DNA from: Tubiluchus corallicola
Lineage: Eukaryota > Animalia > Priapulida
Assembly (NCBI GenBank): GCA_030141605.1
Contig: JAQGDQ010000219.1
Location: forward strand, 1 to 64,000
Direction: 5' to 3'
Length of the DNA stretch: 64,000 nt
How positions within the stretch are numbered: the first letter of the stretch is position 1; each line of letters starts with the position of its first letter. The position numbers and the translations under genes are program-made. This document shows, piece after piece, positions 12,372-26,500 of this stretch. The notes beneath the pieces were generated by a model, which ran no database searches, had not been told where the DNA came from, and saw only the letters and a list, made by a program, of their open reading frames with translations.

Positions 12372-15300
12372 AGGTGTAGGAGCTCCAGTAAACATAAAAG
12401 TTTGTGCCTTTTGGGAGCTTATAACTGAGTCCGGTCAACTTATCAACCTTCATCAAGAAAAATTGTATGACTGTCATATAATGAAAATGTAACTAGTCTA
12501 AAAGAAAAAAACAGACCAAATATGGTTAGGGTACAAGCAGCGGAAAAATACAACCAACCAATAAGTTATTCAATGAAACTCCGTAAAATACTTCTGCGTT
12601 CTCAAGTCCTAGGTCTTCAAAAGCATTTCAAAGTTGTCCAGTTGTGTATAATCTTACTTGACGAGCCAAAAGGTTACAATTTATTACATATATACATTAC
12701 ATAACAAAAAATTGGGTATCACGTTTAACAGAATTAATGAATTTGGCCCAGCTATATTAACCCCAAGTAGAATCTTACTTCACCAGCAAAAAGTTTATAT
12801 TTTATAAACAAAAATTAGACATCTCGCTTAACAGGTTAAATGAATTTAGTTTCATTAGATTGCCAGTTTTGTTTCCATCGAGTTTCTTAGCATGTAAAGT
12901 GAATGTTTTGACTGTGATCTAATTTGGTGATTTAGAGAACTGGTTTCGCCGTTTCACCGTAAAAGACGAGATGTAACACAGACCTGAAACAACTTTGCTG
13001 AAAGTTAATCACATCTGTTTCCGATAATTCGAGTTCTTGATTGTACGAAATATAGAAATGATTGATCAATTTGATTAAATTTATAAAGTTTTATAGTATT
13101 TTGACTCACTTTTTGTGGCAGGTTTATTTGTGGTACATGTGAAATGTAAACAATGGCGATATTGTTATTTATTTGTAATAAATGTATTGCTTATTGCTAA
13201 TCCGTTCAAATCTCTCTATGTGCGAAACAATGGAAATGTCATTGACAGTAACGTTAAACCACTGGCCATTGGCCATCCTCGTAAGTTGAAATGGGAAGTC
13301 ACGTCTTATGGGGATTACAATCATGTACACATTTTACAAAACCGGAGACGAAGAAGATTGAGGTTTAAAGGGAAAACCATAACCAGCTACAGAGTCCAAC
13401 ACGCCCAATTTGCGCATTATAGTTTTTGAACCTAATTGATTTCTGCACATGACTATTCTGTATTCTCTTTCCAGAGCTTTTCCTTCAAGCTCAATGCTGC
13501 AATGTAATGAATACCACCCCGTGTTTACACATCATCTGCAACGCAAATATTCGCTTAATATTCTACGCTAAATTATTTCTGCAGAATTTACGACGAGTCA
13601 ATCGTCCAACAACAGGTAAATGGCTGAGGTTAAAAGACAGCTTGATGTTTTTTCCTAGTTATGTGCATAACAGTACATTACCAGAGACTATACATGCTTT
13701 CGCCAGCACGCAACGATGCCAAAAAAGTACGTTAGAACGTTATTTACAGTTATAGCTGTGAAAGGCAGGTATTGTAAATAAGACGATAGACCCTAACACA
13801 CTATTTGTGTTACAATATTTCGATATGACCACAGTCCTCTAGGCAATATTTATGTGACTGTAACAAAAAATATATGTAGTATTCAACCAGAAAGTGAAAT
13901 TAAGTATCTGTTACATAATAAATGTAGCAAAAAATAATTAAAATACCATTGCGTTAGTTCTGACACTCGACTAACTGGAATGCTCTTAAATTGCGTTTCT
14001 GCTTTCCAAGCGTTTAGTACTTGGAGAATTGGTGTGGAAAATGTGCCCAAAATTTTAAAACAGCTGCGTCGCTGTGTTCTTGTGCAAACGAGCCCTGGGG
14101 TGTGTGTAACTATTTACTCGATTTATTAATAATCGTTATGTAGACTCTATGAGTATTACCATCCTATATATTAACTGCATAAATGAATAGTCTCATACAT
14201 TGGGATTTCTGTTAGTAACTATCTTGTGGTGAACAACAAGTAGCAACAAATTTGACTTGAACTATTGTTCGAGGGGCTCACTGAACTCGACACTATGGGT
14301 AAAAAATCCGACTTTGTCAATAGATTCTAACTTTGTTCTACTGTAATCGTTTGAAGGTTTAGGTTTAGACTTGGGTTTATTAGAAAATGACGTACGTCAC
14401 TGCCGCCATCCGTAATTCAAAATGACGGGTCGAAAATTTAACGCCAATAACTGATGTAGAATTTATTTTAGCATTCATTTAAAGTGTCAGGACGATCCGT
14501 TGTGAATAGGCGGAGCATTTGGCTTTTTTCAAAAGGTCATCCCCAATAAAGGCAACAATAACAGCAAGAAGAACATTCAGATGAATAGTTATTTGTGTCA
14601 AAATTTCAACCAAAAATGGGCATGTTTATGGGTATTCTTTATTTATGTTCACAAATAAAATAGTTATCCAAAGAAGAATAAAAATAGTGAATCTCAGTCA
14701 AAACTTAGCTCTTGTTAGCGTCTATAAGTAAGGAAACAAACGTGTTTGTGTTCTTAAACCATAACTCTGCCTCTGCCTTTTAGTGTACGTATTCTAATTT
14801 TGCCAGAGATCTCATGTATTGTGTTCCTAAGTGCAACAGATGCAAATACTTTATCGTTGGAGTACGGCTGTGTAGTTGTAGTGTGTATTACTAGAGATCA
14901 TAAACTAAAATTGTAAGTAAATTATTGTATAACCGGTTGTTTAAAACACTTTTCTTCAACAATGTTGTTATCATGTTGATCTTAGAGTTAAGGTGAGGAG
15001 AAATTCATTTTGTCTCAAGATATAATGACTTTTCTTAATTTGTGCACAAGTAGTATATTTATAAAAGAAAATAGTAAAAAGAAAGTAAAAACTGGACTTC
15101 CGTAAGTAGGGAGACAAACCTCTTTATGTTTTTAATACTTAGCCGACGTTTTCTTTCTAGTCTCCTTATTTTTAAGTACCTTTGTATAATTTTTATGCCT
15201 TATATGTATTTCGCTTAATTAGTTTGTAATGATGGATAGTTTTTAATTTTACATCCTCCGTATAATCGTATTATTACCAGTATTACGCTATAAATAAACA

Positions 15301-15838
15301 AATAAATAGTTCAAATATACATGCCGAGCAACTTACCGGTTATATTGCGTGGAGTTTAACGAAATAAAAACAGAGAGAAATGAACGAGACTGGAAATAAG
15401 TCAACTCCAGAAAGAAACCCGCGCAGGCAGAAAAGTGGCTGTCGCTCATTCGCCAAATAGATATTCCAATAACTATAATTATCACAGACCTCTACGCATA
15501 CATAACACAAGTTTTAATAGCACATTTATTAGTTATTAAACTCCCTTGAAGTTTCTCTTGATCGCTAAAACTAAAATTTAGTTTGTAATTTTCGTCACAT
15601 TAATTTGTCTGTTAGGATCGAGCACTGTACAGGATTCGCGGAAATCTGGTTAAGTTTGGAAATTAGCGCCAATTATCTGACACAATAAATATAGTACCTT
15701 TGGCTTCCGTTCCAGTCTTCTACGACAAGTAAATAAGCCACACATTAAATGAATCAGAATAATAACAATCCTGTAATTCTACACCTCGCACATCATCACT
15801 ACATCAACCTAAAAGGAGCAGGTATATTATTTACCACG

Positions 15839-15852
15839 GTTTCCATGGAGAC
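15839..15852. promoter_or_regulatory. RFX X-box motif GTTTCCATGGAGAC
   Basis: Near-perfect match to the GTTNCCATGGNAAC palindrome about 150 nt inside the putative first intron. A weaker copy, GTTACCAGGAATAC, is at 16131-16144. Confidence 0.55.
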
Positions 15853-16001
15853 TGCGCAGGGATGAAAGTTTTATCTTCCTGTGCTATACATCTTCACAAT
15901 AGAACGATTATTTTCAGCTGTAAGTATTGTTCCATGTAAGACCGCATGAAATCGTGTTACATCTTTAAAGGTATAAACACCATGAAATATTACTTGCTCA
16001 C

Positions 16002-16060
16002 CTCGAGCCCATCGGCCTGTTCAATCTCCATGCTGTTTAAATCAGATTTTTCTGTTTCTC
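16002..16060 (-). other. Probable first (5') exon of the ankyrin gene, containing the ATG-led ORF MEIEQADGLE
   Basis: Strong donor GAG|GTGAG at 16001 and ATG at 16031, in a CpG-richer promoter-like stretch (15830-16400) with X-box and CRE motifs. The next acceptor is TTTTCAG|G at 11344. The 5' boundary is unknown. Confidence 0.5.
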
Positions 16061-16351
16061 ACTCTTGCTTCATCACACAATGTTGACATGCTGCCAAATT
16101 TTCCCGCTGCCAGAACTGCCACGTTGCCACGTTACCAGGAATACCAAATTTGCCTTGTTGTCGAATTGCTATTATTCCAAAACGACCACACTATCATGAC
16201 TTAGTAGCAAAATGAGTTTGCAGAATTGTTTGTCGACAATTGCATGTTTTAAACAAAAGCAGGAGGATTTTCCAATTCATATGCCGTTTTGACGTATGAT
16301 CGAAAAGTCTTTTACATTTCATTACGTCGCCAGGGTTTCGCCACGATGTGC

Positions 16352-16359
16352 TGACGTCA
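16352..16359. promoter_or_regulatory. CRE/ATF palindrome TGACGTCA upstream of the ankyrin gene
   Basis: Perfect 8-mer about 320 nt upstream of the putative first exon. Confidence 0.35.
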
Positions 16360-18979
16360 ATATTTTGGAAATTCTGATGTCATTTAAAAATTGTCTAAAA
16401 TGCTTTTCTTTTTTGAATAAAACAATACGAAAACTATAAGAGCTGTTTTGGCCGAATATGCTTTTTTTGCTTCTGTTACCAAGGAATTGTTAACTGCATC
16501 AGCATTGAGCACTTCACCTAATCAGTGACACTATTTTACCACAACGTTCGGAATGCGGCACATAACTACAACATTTATGTTACCTACAGTCGTACAATTG
16601 AACCTCACTGTGAGGAAGATGTATCCTGAGAGACATCTTACTTTGTTTTTATTGACGATAATTTGCCAGCAAAGCAGTTTCAAAGCTACTCTTGCATGGT
16701 TATTAATGTCCGCCGAGACAGCGTTAAAGCTCAGTATTGAATGATGAAAAACAATAATATCCATACAATGCTGAAGGTAATCAATTTAATTTTTAACTGG
16801 TGTTGGTGATTTGAATAAGGCCCATGCATGTTTTTAAAATCCTCCTTTATTTATTTTAAATAATTCAACATTAATTTTGACATCTGAGTTTATAGCCTTG
16901 GTTTTACACAGAAACGTGAGATGACTGCATGGCAATTTGTTAAAAACAAGAAAAGTTTATCGCCAATAAAATTTATGTGCATCGTGCAGACAATTTGAGA
17001 CATTTCTCTTCCCGACTTAAGCTGTCAAAAGTCTACTGAACCACTGTTACACTATATTGCTTGAATTAAACTTTACATCGACTGTATATAGCTACCTAAT
17101 TTGATAATATCTGGGCTCTGTTATGACTCGCTGTTATCCCACATTATCTATGATATTTATTAAGTGCGTGCATATATACTATACTGGATAATTTTAATAG
17201 TCATCTCTAAACGTATAAAGCTGATTTTTCGTATCAGAATTTATTTATTGGCCATCGTCGGTATATACAATAACAGTAAAAATAAGGGTAGACATAACTA
17301 ATGACATTTGCAAGACAAAATTATTTTAACTATTATCATATGATACAAACAACATTATGTAAGTTACACGTACGCAGCAAAAGTATCAAGTATAAACTAC
17401 AGATATAAATATCACATTATGAAATTATAATTTTAGTACAAATATAATCAGCAGAGCATGAGATCGCAAGGAACGACGACAACATACAAAATATGCCATG
17501 TACCTATGCAAAACTGTTAGTTATAAATAAATACATGCAGTACGCCAATATTTACATATTAGTTTTATTTATTTCGTTTTAAAACGCTTTAAAATGCAAC
17601 TGGAGGCTATTTTGGTTATATCGCAGTCTCTACCTCCCATTGTAAATTTTAGCTTTTGATTATAGTTCAAGTTTTCGAGATCGTTATTAATCTCCATAAG
17701 ATTAGAATAAAAATTGGGCTTAGCTGTGTGTAGAACGAGCAATGAAACAAAATGTGCAACTTCTTTTTCTACTTGTTAACTATTATAATGCTGGTAGATT
17801 CTAGTGTTCACGGGGAGCTTTAGGTTGTTCATGTCACTTTTTTCTATAAGTTGTGCGCACTTATTCGCAATTTTGTGAACTCGGTTTTCCATTCTTGCTC
17901 TTAATAATTCTCTTGTTTGGATTCTGTTTTAAATTTACAATACATGAGCAGTTTATTATTTGCTGCTTTTTCCTGCTTCTTTCGAAATGACATCTTTTCA
18001 GAAGTCATTATACGCTATTTGTAATTTCGGTTTACTTGAAAAATGAGGTTGGCTTCTTGTGGAACACATTGATTTTCCCAAATATAAGACAAAGCTGTGT
18101 GCTCAAGCACAGTTTTTACTAACATTAGCCAAGAAGTTATGTTGGCATTGAGATTCAGATTTTCCTGATAAGTGTTTCTTATATTAGTACATCATTTGGG
18201 ATTGAGAATGATCGTATCCACTGTTATAGTTTTTAATATTATTTCGATTTAAAGTTGATAGCGACCCAGATCACCACAGACGGTGTTACTGATGGTGTTT
18301 CTTCCGACTTCTAACGCGAACTTACGATATTTATTAAGTAACCAGTATTGAGTAATCATGAGCATTTTTATAGGAGATTAGGTTGTTAATTCTGACTTCA
18401 TATCTATTAAATTAGAATGGGGACTAGATTTCTGATTCATATATTCTGCCACTGGTTAAACGAGAGTAGCAAAGATTTTAGTCAAAATGTTAATGTTAGT
18501 GTTCATTTTGCAGAGCTTTCGTGACTTTAATGAATTGAAAGAAAACCTTCATTGCTTTACTATATAAAGATCCCGTCTGGTTATATAAATGAACCAATTG
18601 CACTAAAATTCAGTTCTGAATAAGTTTGGCTTTGTACTATTTCGATAGTGCCAGTGCCTAATCTGAATAAAGATTTAGTCATATTTTATGATAACTCTCG
18701 TCTTTTTAACATTTACACTTAAAAGCCATTAGAAGCCAATACAATCTAATCTGATCTAAATGCTTTTGTAAACCCATCTTCGTAGTGGCAGCGGTACAAT
18801 ATAGCAATAATTGAATTTTGATGTTATTTCGAGTTGGTATGGATCACATACTTTTTCGAAAATATAAACAAAGTAGTTTATAGAAAGACGGACAGGGATT
18901 AAGTAGGACTGGGCTGAAAATACACCCTTACTTTGTTGTCATCGGCGTTTTTATTGAATTATTGCTGTTGTAGGTGGTA

Positions 18980-19730
18980 CCACATCTGATAGTGCACCTG
19001 AATCCCCATTAGTGCTCTGTCCTGCAGCCATGCGTTTTCTCTACTACACCAACGACATCACTTCCAGGCTCCACGCAAAAATTCCTTTGTTTGCCGATGA
19101 TACAAAGTTTAATCATTCATACTAACTTAATAGCAAACATAACATCATTACTAATAAAGCCAAACCATTCAGATGTTCATAATACTCTTCACGGACATAC
19201 ATTAAAGCATGTAAGCTACGTCGAATATCTCGGAGTGCGAATCTCAAATTACCTCCGCTGGAACTGATGCATCGACCAAATTACTTCAAAAAGCAACAAT
19301 ACCTTAAACTTGAGATGAAACGTCAATGTCAATAATCCTAAGGTGAAGCAAAAAGCCTACATATCTCTTGTACGGCTAACTCTGAAGTACTGCTAGACTG
19401 TGACAAACATTGACAACTAGGTTGAAATGGTTTATCTCTGAGCAACAAGATTTAACTTACGTTGGTACTAACGTAGTAGGCTACCGATGAACAACCTCTA
19501 CCGAGAGTTCACTGGCCTGCGTTTCTGATAACTAGTAATGTTTTGTCAGATACATCACTAATTGTTGCCATCAAGATGCCATTAATGTAAAAATTTCACT
19601 CTGCCGCAACTACAACTTAAAACTCACAAGCATATCATAATTATACCTTTCTGCACTCGTGACTTACTTCAAGCACTCGGTCTTCATTAGTTTCCTCTGT
19701 GAGTGGAATTCGCTAAAGGAGTGTCTTCAA
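18980..19730 (+). mobile_element. Decayed CR1/L2-group LINE reverse transcriptase fragment
   Basis: Translates to FLYYTNDITSRLHAKIPLFADDTK, then EYLGVRIS and KAYISLVRLTLKYC remnants with stops and frameshifts. Confidence 0.8.
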
Positions 19731-19918
19731 ATTGTAGTTGGCCTGCATGGAGACAACACTAGTCGAGACGCGACGCGACGCGACGAGACAGAGAAGACAA
19801 GACAAGGTTAATTTTTAGTGTTTATCACAAAGTTTATTTATACATCGTTGTCTAAGTGTAACAGTTTTGATTTAATACCCGTCGATTATTGTCAGATCCA
19901 TCAGTGACAAGGATTACG

Positions 19919-20690
19919 CCCAGCAAACCTTAGCCGTTATGCCAGTAATTAAACCACCAGGAATAAGAAATTAAGCGAAAATACTAATAGAAACTTAATA
20001 TAATTATTTATATTGGTTTAGTCATAATTATAGTAATCATCATTGAATGGATTAAACCTCACTGTGGCTGGTACAAAATTAAGGAGGAACACACTAATTT
20101 GCTAGGGTTTAGAGCAAAACAACGAGTTCATCAAAGTATTACTGAAATAAGAAAGCCTCTCTCATGCTATCAATATTTAGGGTGAAAGCTTTGCACGTCT
20201 TGTGCAGCTTGCAGGCCAGCTTGAGAGGTATTGTCAAAGCAGCAACTAGAACATCTCAAGATCCTCCAACGTTGAATACCGATGAATAACTGGTTATTGA
20301 TCATTCTAACCTTACAGTAATCATTGCCATTATGGACCAGTTCTGGGCCATTACTGGCATTATGGCACGTACGGTATTGGCCCAGTACAGGCAAGCCAAA
20401 ACCAGTAATCGGGCCAGTAACTTGCTTTTACCGCGCCAGAACCGTTTGTTAACTGCATTTGTACCGGCCCAATTCTGGCAGCTAGCACTGGCCCAACATG
20501 GAACTGGTTACTGTGCCAGAATTGGCAGTATTGAGGCTTCATTAAGGCCCGACTCAAGCAGCCAGCACTGGTTCGGCATAGAACAGATTACTGTGCAGAA
20601 CTGCCTTATTAAGGTTGCATTAAGACCCGTTTCAGACAACCTAATTAAGCCAGTATTAAACCTTAATTAAATGAGCACAGTAACTGTTTT
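19919..20690. mobile_element. Non-autonomous DNA transposon remnant starting CCCAGCAAAC, with internal GGCCCAG/CTGGGCC repeats (CMC/EnSpm-like)
   Basis: Terminal motif plus many short GC-rich direct and inverted repeats at 20330-20660. The superfamily call is inference. Confidence 0.45.
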
Positions 20691-20711
20691 GAAGTCTAGG
20701 TTTTTTTCTCA

Positions 20712-20922
20712 ATACTGTGGCTAAATACACATGACTAAATAATGGCAATATAGTTTTTAGGCTCATTACATATTTACAGAACTACAGTGAATAAAGCTAG
20801 AACTTAATTAACTGCAGTGATAGTTAATTAAATTCTAGTCTTATTCATTGCAGTTCCGTAAATGCACAATGAACATATAAACTTAAACGTACATGATATA
20901 TCTAGCCGTGAAACTACAGTAT
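20712..20922. repeat. Imperfect long palindrome (hairpin element)
   Basis: TTTACAGAACTACAGTGAATAAAGCTAGAACTTAATTAACT / AGTTAATTAAATTCTAGTCTTATTCATTGCAGTTCCGTAAA, centred at about 20817. Confidence 0.8.
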
Positions 20923-22496
20923 GTATTGCGAACAGAGTAAGAATTCAAGACATTTATTGCGCAGATGAACTACACATAAACTGCAAAAAGCTGTAAGTAA
21001 AAAGATAGATATTTAATGACGAAATTTAAAAACATTATTGTACAAAAATTAGGAAATGATCTCATTCATTCTCCTTTACCTCCCTCCACATCTATCTGGC
21101 GCATTTCTTAGGTATAGTTTCACTTCTTTTGAAATGTTTGCTTCATCGGAGTTCAGAAACCCAAGCAAGATAGTTCCAGTAAAACAGAGAAAAAATTGAA
21201 TACTGGTAGTTAACACTATTTTTTATATCAAAGCCTGTAATTTGTTTCTAAACTCTTACGGAACAGAGAAAAAACTTGAGCAGCAGCAAATGCTTCAACT
21301 GTCACCCTACACGTATTTTATTGTTTTAATTTTCTTGAGAAAACCTAATTGTTTTTTTTTTGGCTAGTTCCAGTTCAGCGTTGCTGGAGGACTTGAAGTC
21401 CAGCAAATTTCCTGGCTATTCGGCTCAATTGAAAAAAAACAGTTCTAGTCTAGAGTTTTAGAGTTGCTACTCTGATCATACCCCCTCTAGATATGTAAGC
21501 CACATAAGAAGCACAATGTTTATTATACTCAAGGCATCATAGATTCTTTATTGTTTCATAATAATGGTGTAATAAATTCTTCTATACTATACCCCACCCC
21601 CACAACAAGCCGTTATGAACCATTCTATAATAGACTAGTTGCGTCTGTCTTAATTGACGTCTAACATAATGTCAATCATTTTCGTTGACTGCCGAATCAG
21701 CGTGCAAGTTATTTCACACACCCCTGCAGCAGGTACGTTCGGGACATTTAGCTACAGCTCCGTCTAACACTGTTATGAAAAATGCTCAACTTTTTATGGT
21801 TCGCGGGAGAAATATTGGCTTGGTTCTAGATTTTATTATTGTCAATTGAAATTGCAAGTGAATTAGTGGAAATATATAGTCTAGTTTCGTTTATAGGAAG
21901 AAATGCACAATGCTTACGTCTATGAGTTGCTGATTAAACCATTTTACAATCAAGGAAATATGCAGTTTAGTTTAGTTTATGGCTTTGCAAGTTAGATAAA
22001 AACAACTATTTGATGAACTTTAAATAAGGACAAAACAAAATGTTTTCTTTTCTGGCCAGTTTTTATAAACCTCAATGAGATCTTCACAGCCAAAATTAAT
22101 TCAAACGTGGTCAAAACTTATATTACACATCAATGTAATATTAGTTAATTTCACGCTATTGGGACTTATGTAACTTGGGCATTCAATATAAGGGTCGTCT
22201 ATGGATTGGAACAGTCAAATTTATGCCATTTCCATAGGCTGACAAATGGAAAAATACAAAATCTTGATAGAGCTTACGTTGCAGCCGGGGCGCAGTGATA
22301 GACCAATCTGTTTGACGTCAATTACATCCACCTCAGGGAAATTGTTCAACCCATTCACATCGGCTCACCAAAAATGACTTTTTATGCCTGTCAAGACAAT
22401 GTTTCCCTTAAAACCTTTTCACTTATCGCATAATCTACGAATCACCAACAAAGTTACAAAATGTTTTGAAATAAAACTTTTCCTTTCATGTCGATA

Positions 22497-22842
22497 CAGG
22501 ACCATCTTAACACATGGGCACGCTAAGTAGTTGTCCTGGGTCTACGAGCGTAGGGGCCCCATACTAATCAATCAATATGTGACTCGGTGTCAATATTGAA
22601 ATTTTTATGTTTTTCAAGGCTCTGTTATATTGTTCAAGCGTTTGTATGTTGATTAATCTTTGTTGTGCAGCATGTTTTTAAAGTTTAAACCCTGGCTTTG
22701 TTTGAAGTACCAATAATATAAAAAATATATGTTTAATTTTATTGACCATTTACATTTTTATTCCTGTGCGTGGTTGTGTAGGTATAGGGGTCCCAGTACA
22801 TTGCTTTGCCCGGCGTCCAGTAATGCTGTTAAGACGGCTCTA
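22497..22842. mobile_element. hAT-like MITE
   Basis: Imperfect TIRs CAGGACCATCTTAAC / GTTAAGACGGCTCTA with subterminal GGGGCCCC motifs; no clean TSD. Confidence 0.65.
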
Positions 22843-23453
22843 GCTGTTCATGTCATTGATCCGCAATGTAGCACTGGCGAACACATGCAGTTACTGTAAA
22901 GAATCTGAGGATGCAATCAAAGTATTATATCTCTCTCTCCCAGTTACAGTGATTGTAGCCAGTGATACCGTTTTCTACTCTTCTCTTTCTAGTTTTTTCT
23001 TTAGTGTGTTTTATTTAACTGCTGTGCCGCCGTTATTCAATATATGCGATTGCATCCTTTTAAGCGTCGTATTTTTATGTGAACAACAAACCAAAAAGCT
23101 GTTTTAATATTTTTATGTTATTTTTCACCTTTTTTCTAGCTATGCGGTAGTCCACAGTTGCGGTTTAAAATGTTTTAACTTATTATCATGAGTTTAATTG
23201 TGCGGTTTTTTCAATAATCTTAGGATGCAAAGTGTTTTTAAAATGCCACCACTTGTTCTGACTATTCTACTTTAAGCTGAAGTAACAGTAATAATTTTAT
23301 TAATGTTTGACGAAAGACGTAACAAAAATGTATCTATTAAGATCTATCTAATAGTTTGGTTTTCATAGTGCACTATGGATGACGACGTCGTTGACAATGT
23401 AGGACTATCCACTTTTCACTGTGCAGCGTTTCGTTCAGATATCAGGAAAGCGT

Positions 23454-23465
23454 AACGTGACGTCA
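23454..23465. promoter_or_regulatory. CRE palindrome with an overlapping partial E-box in the CD164 promoter
   Basis: AACGTGACGTCA about 100 nt upstream of ATG 23561. Confidence 0.45.
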
Positions 23466-23560
23466 TAAGATTGCGACAGGTGTCAACAAAATTTGTTAAG
23501 TTCTCGTTATTGGTGTCTAAGTGATCGTTCAAAAAAGTAGCAAAGAACTCAAAATATAAA

Positions 23561-26500
23561 ATGAATTTTTCTAAGATTTCTCCAGCATTGTTTTTGCTTC
23601 TTAGTTTACTAGCGGTATTGTATGGAGAAGGTACTGTGGTTATTTACTTAATCATGTTAATGTTGTATCGTAGTCGGTTAAATTTTTCATTTTTATTCTA
23701 CTTTTTTAGTAAGTGAGGTGAGTCAAAGTAAGCCTAGTATTAGTATTAACTAGTTTTACTTGCATGATACGAAGAGGGAATAATTAATTTGTAAGGAGCA
23801 ATGATTTACTATTGTGTTAGGCAGTAACTTATTAACTAGTTAGCAATCACATAAAAACTGATGTAGTGATAGCAATCAATGAGTGTCTCGAATTATGCAT
23901 GCTTATCTAGCATTTAATGATTCAACCTAAGACTGTAAACAATGATGCTTGTTAATTGATGTGTGTTTTTAAACGGGTTAGTGGAGGTTGCCAGCACAGT
24001 CAAATCTCATTAATATGATTTTCAAAGGACCCAAAAATTTTGTCTTATCAAACGTGCTTGGTACTAAGGGATGTTCATGACGGGATCGTTATTTGGGTTG
24101 GGATCAAGGTTTGGGACATAATTGAACTTGAGGTTCGATTTTTCGGTATTCAGGATTAAGTGATCGGAATCAGTCAAGTGTGGTCAATTGTGATCTACTG
24201 AGCCGATCATAAAAATTGAGCATAAATATTGCTGAATTAATAAGAAAATGTAAAAATAAAACATACAAAACTTACAGTAAAAGCTTTGAAATGTTTAATG
24301 CATTGTTGCGGCAAAATTGTTGACATGCAGCATCCACATTTCAGTCACTTGCCTTCCTGATGAGATACCACACTCAAAGGGTACCATCTAAACATATGCA
24401 GCAGATTAAGCATTTCAGTTCTGCTGTTGCGTTTTGATCATTCAAGCTGTTTTGTTGTACTGTTTATTTCATACCATAATGAGCAATCTTGCTAAATTTT
24501 CGATGTGTTCGGGCAACGTGTTGGTTTGCAGTGAAGACTGTGAATCTGGTTGAATATTTGTTCTTTTCTTTATGAATCAGGTAACTGTATGGGTTCGAGC
24601 TGCATTTTCTTTAATCAATTCTTTCACATTATTTTGTTGTTCCCATATAGTTGTATTGGTGTACGCTCACTAGGCAGTAGTTGTCTATCTAGAGCAGCAC
24701 CTGTTGTCAAACAGTGATCAGTCAGTATCAGTGAACAGTCAAATTGATTGCTCATCACTAGATCACGGTATGGATGAGGACTAAAAGTTCGGGATTAGCC
24801 TGACCCATGCATATAATTGTCACTAAATGGAGATAAAAAAATTATAGCAAGCGTCCAGATTAGTCTACCTACATATGCTGCCTGGTGATATGTCAGCTGT
24901 AAACACATTAATTATTATGTGATTCTGTGAATATTAAAACAGTATTTGTTTGCTGTTGTTATATAGTTATGATATAATGTGTAGTTATTGTTATTTGGTA
25001 TAATTTATGAATCAGAAGCCAGAAGTTAGAATTTCCATAATGTTACAGTGTGGAATGTAACAATTTAATAGTGCCAGGAAAGAAGTGTTTTTACTACAGC
25101 TAATTTGTTGAAGTACCACTTATTCCTGCAAATTGCTTGGAAATAAAATCTTCCTCAAGACACACAATATGTTAGTATACTGACATAACAAAGTATAACA
25201 ATAAATTTTGCAAGCTATTTGTAAGAAGTTCATAATGTAGTAAAGGGGAAAGACGTTATACTGGGTGATCACGATGTGTGGTTAGTCCATGAAGTTAGGG
25301 AGCCCTACCTTAAAAGAAAATCCCATATGGAGTGAAAAAGGAAAGTTCAGTAGAAAAAGCTTACACTAAATACTTATCATTTACTTATCATGCATTTTGT
25401 TGAAACATTTTTTTCTTTTTGGAAAGTCTAATTGAAGATTTTAAACTGATAAATTGCTCAACTTATTAAGAATTATACATAAAAACTGGCAAGCTGACGC
25501 ACATCTCAATATAAAAAAACAATTAATTTTTGATGAAACCTGTGTTCTAGATTCACCTCCTGATCCATGTGGAAAGTTTAATTCCAACTGTGGTGAATGT
25601 GTACAGTATAAACCAATAATTGATGGAAGTGTCTGTTATTACTGTACTGTTGCTGTACAAAGTGCTGGTAGGATTTGTTCATAATCTATTCGTTTTTGTA
25701 AGGTAATGATTGTATATTAAATGTGAATTATGAAGAAAAGTGGGAGTTGTATTAATATAACACAATTAAATGAATTCATCTTTCGGGGATTAATATATTC
25801 TTCGACATTTACGTTTGTGCTGAAATTCCTTTCCTCGTTCGTTAACAATATTTTTGGTTTATGTAAATTTGCTGTAAATGTGATTTTCATTGCGAGAAAA
25901 AGAAGACACTTTTAGCCGTAACTTAGATGCTGGTGTTCCTGCATTTACGATTTCTGTGACATCATGTTGTTGACTATGCCTGTAGGTTTTACTTTCATTA
26001 ACCTATCCTATAATGTTACTGGAGTAATTATAATGGTGTTTCAGGACCAGCATGTTCACTAGACTCTGCTAAATGCAATGTTACAGCAGGACGCATAGCC
26101 AACAATACGGACCAATGTAAGTTCCTGTGACTGAAAAATCCTTGTTCAACAAAAATCAGCATATAGTGGCGAGTTTTGCACAATAATGCTTTTAACGCTA
26201 TGTGTGGCGAACCGTGACCTAAAAAGCAAACGGCATGTTTTACATAAATAAGATACATATACTTGGTACATTGCCACATTATTAGTCACATTATTATGTC
26301 TACCAGTCACATTATTAAATTGCGTGTTTGCATAGCAAAATCGTCCATAAGTCGGCAACTAAGCTTTTCTAGTTGTTCACGTATCCTGAATCTTCATTTC
26401 ATGAAGATCATTTTGATACCAAGTTTATTGCTCTATGTTTTTTCTAAGCTGATATAATCCACATTGAAGTTGAGGTGCACACTACGCACTGAAAAACATA

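Noticed and set aside
12217-12492. CVCVCV / HTHTHT ORFs
   Set aside because: Dinucleotide microsatellite artefacts.
20170-20670. Overlapping 65-112 aa ORFs
   Set aside because: They lie in a GC-richer repeat element with no protein motif or splice support.
24357-24393. CTGATGA...stem...TAAAC as a second hammerhead
   Set aside because: It lacks the GAAA core and convincing stems I and III.
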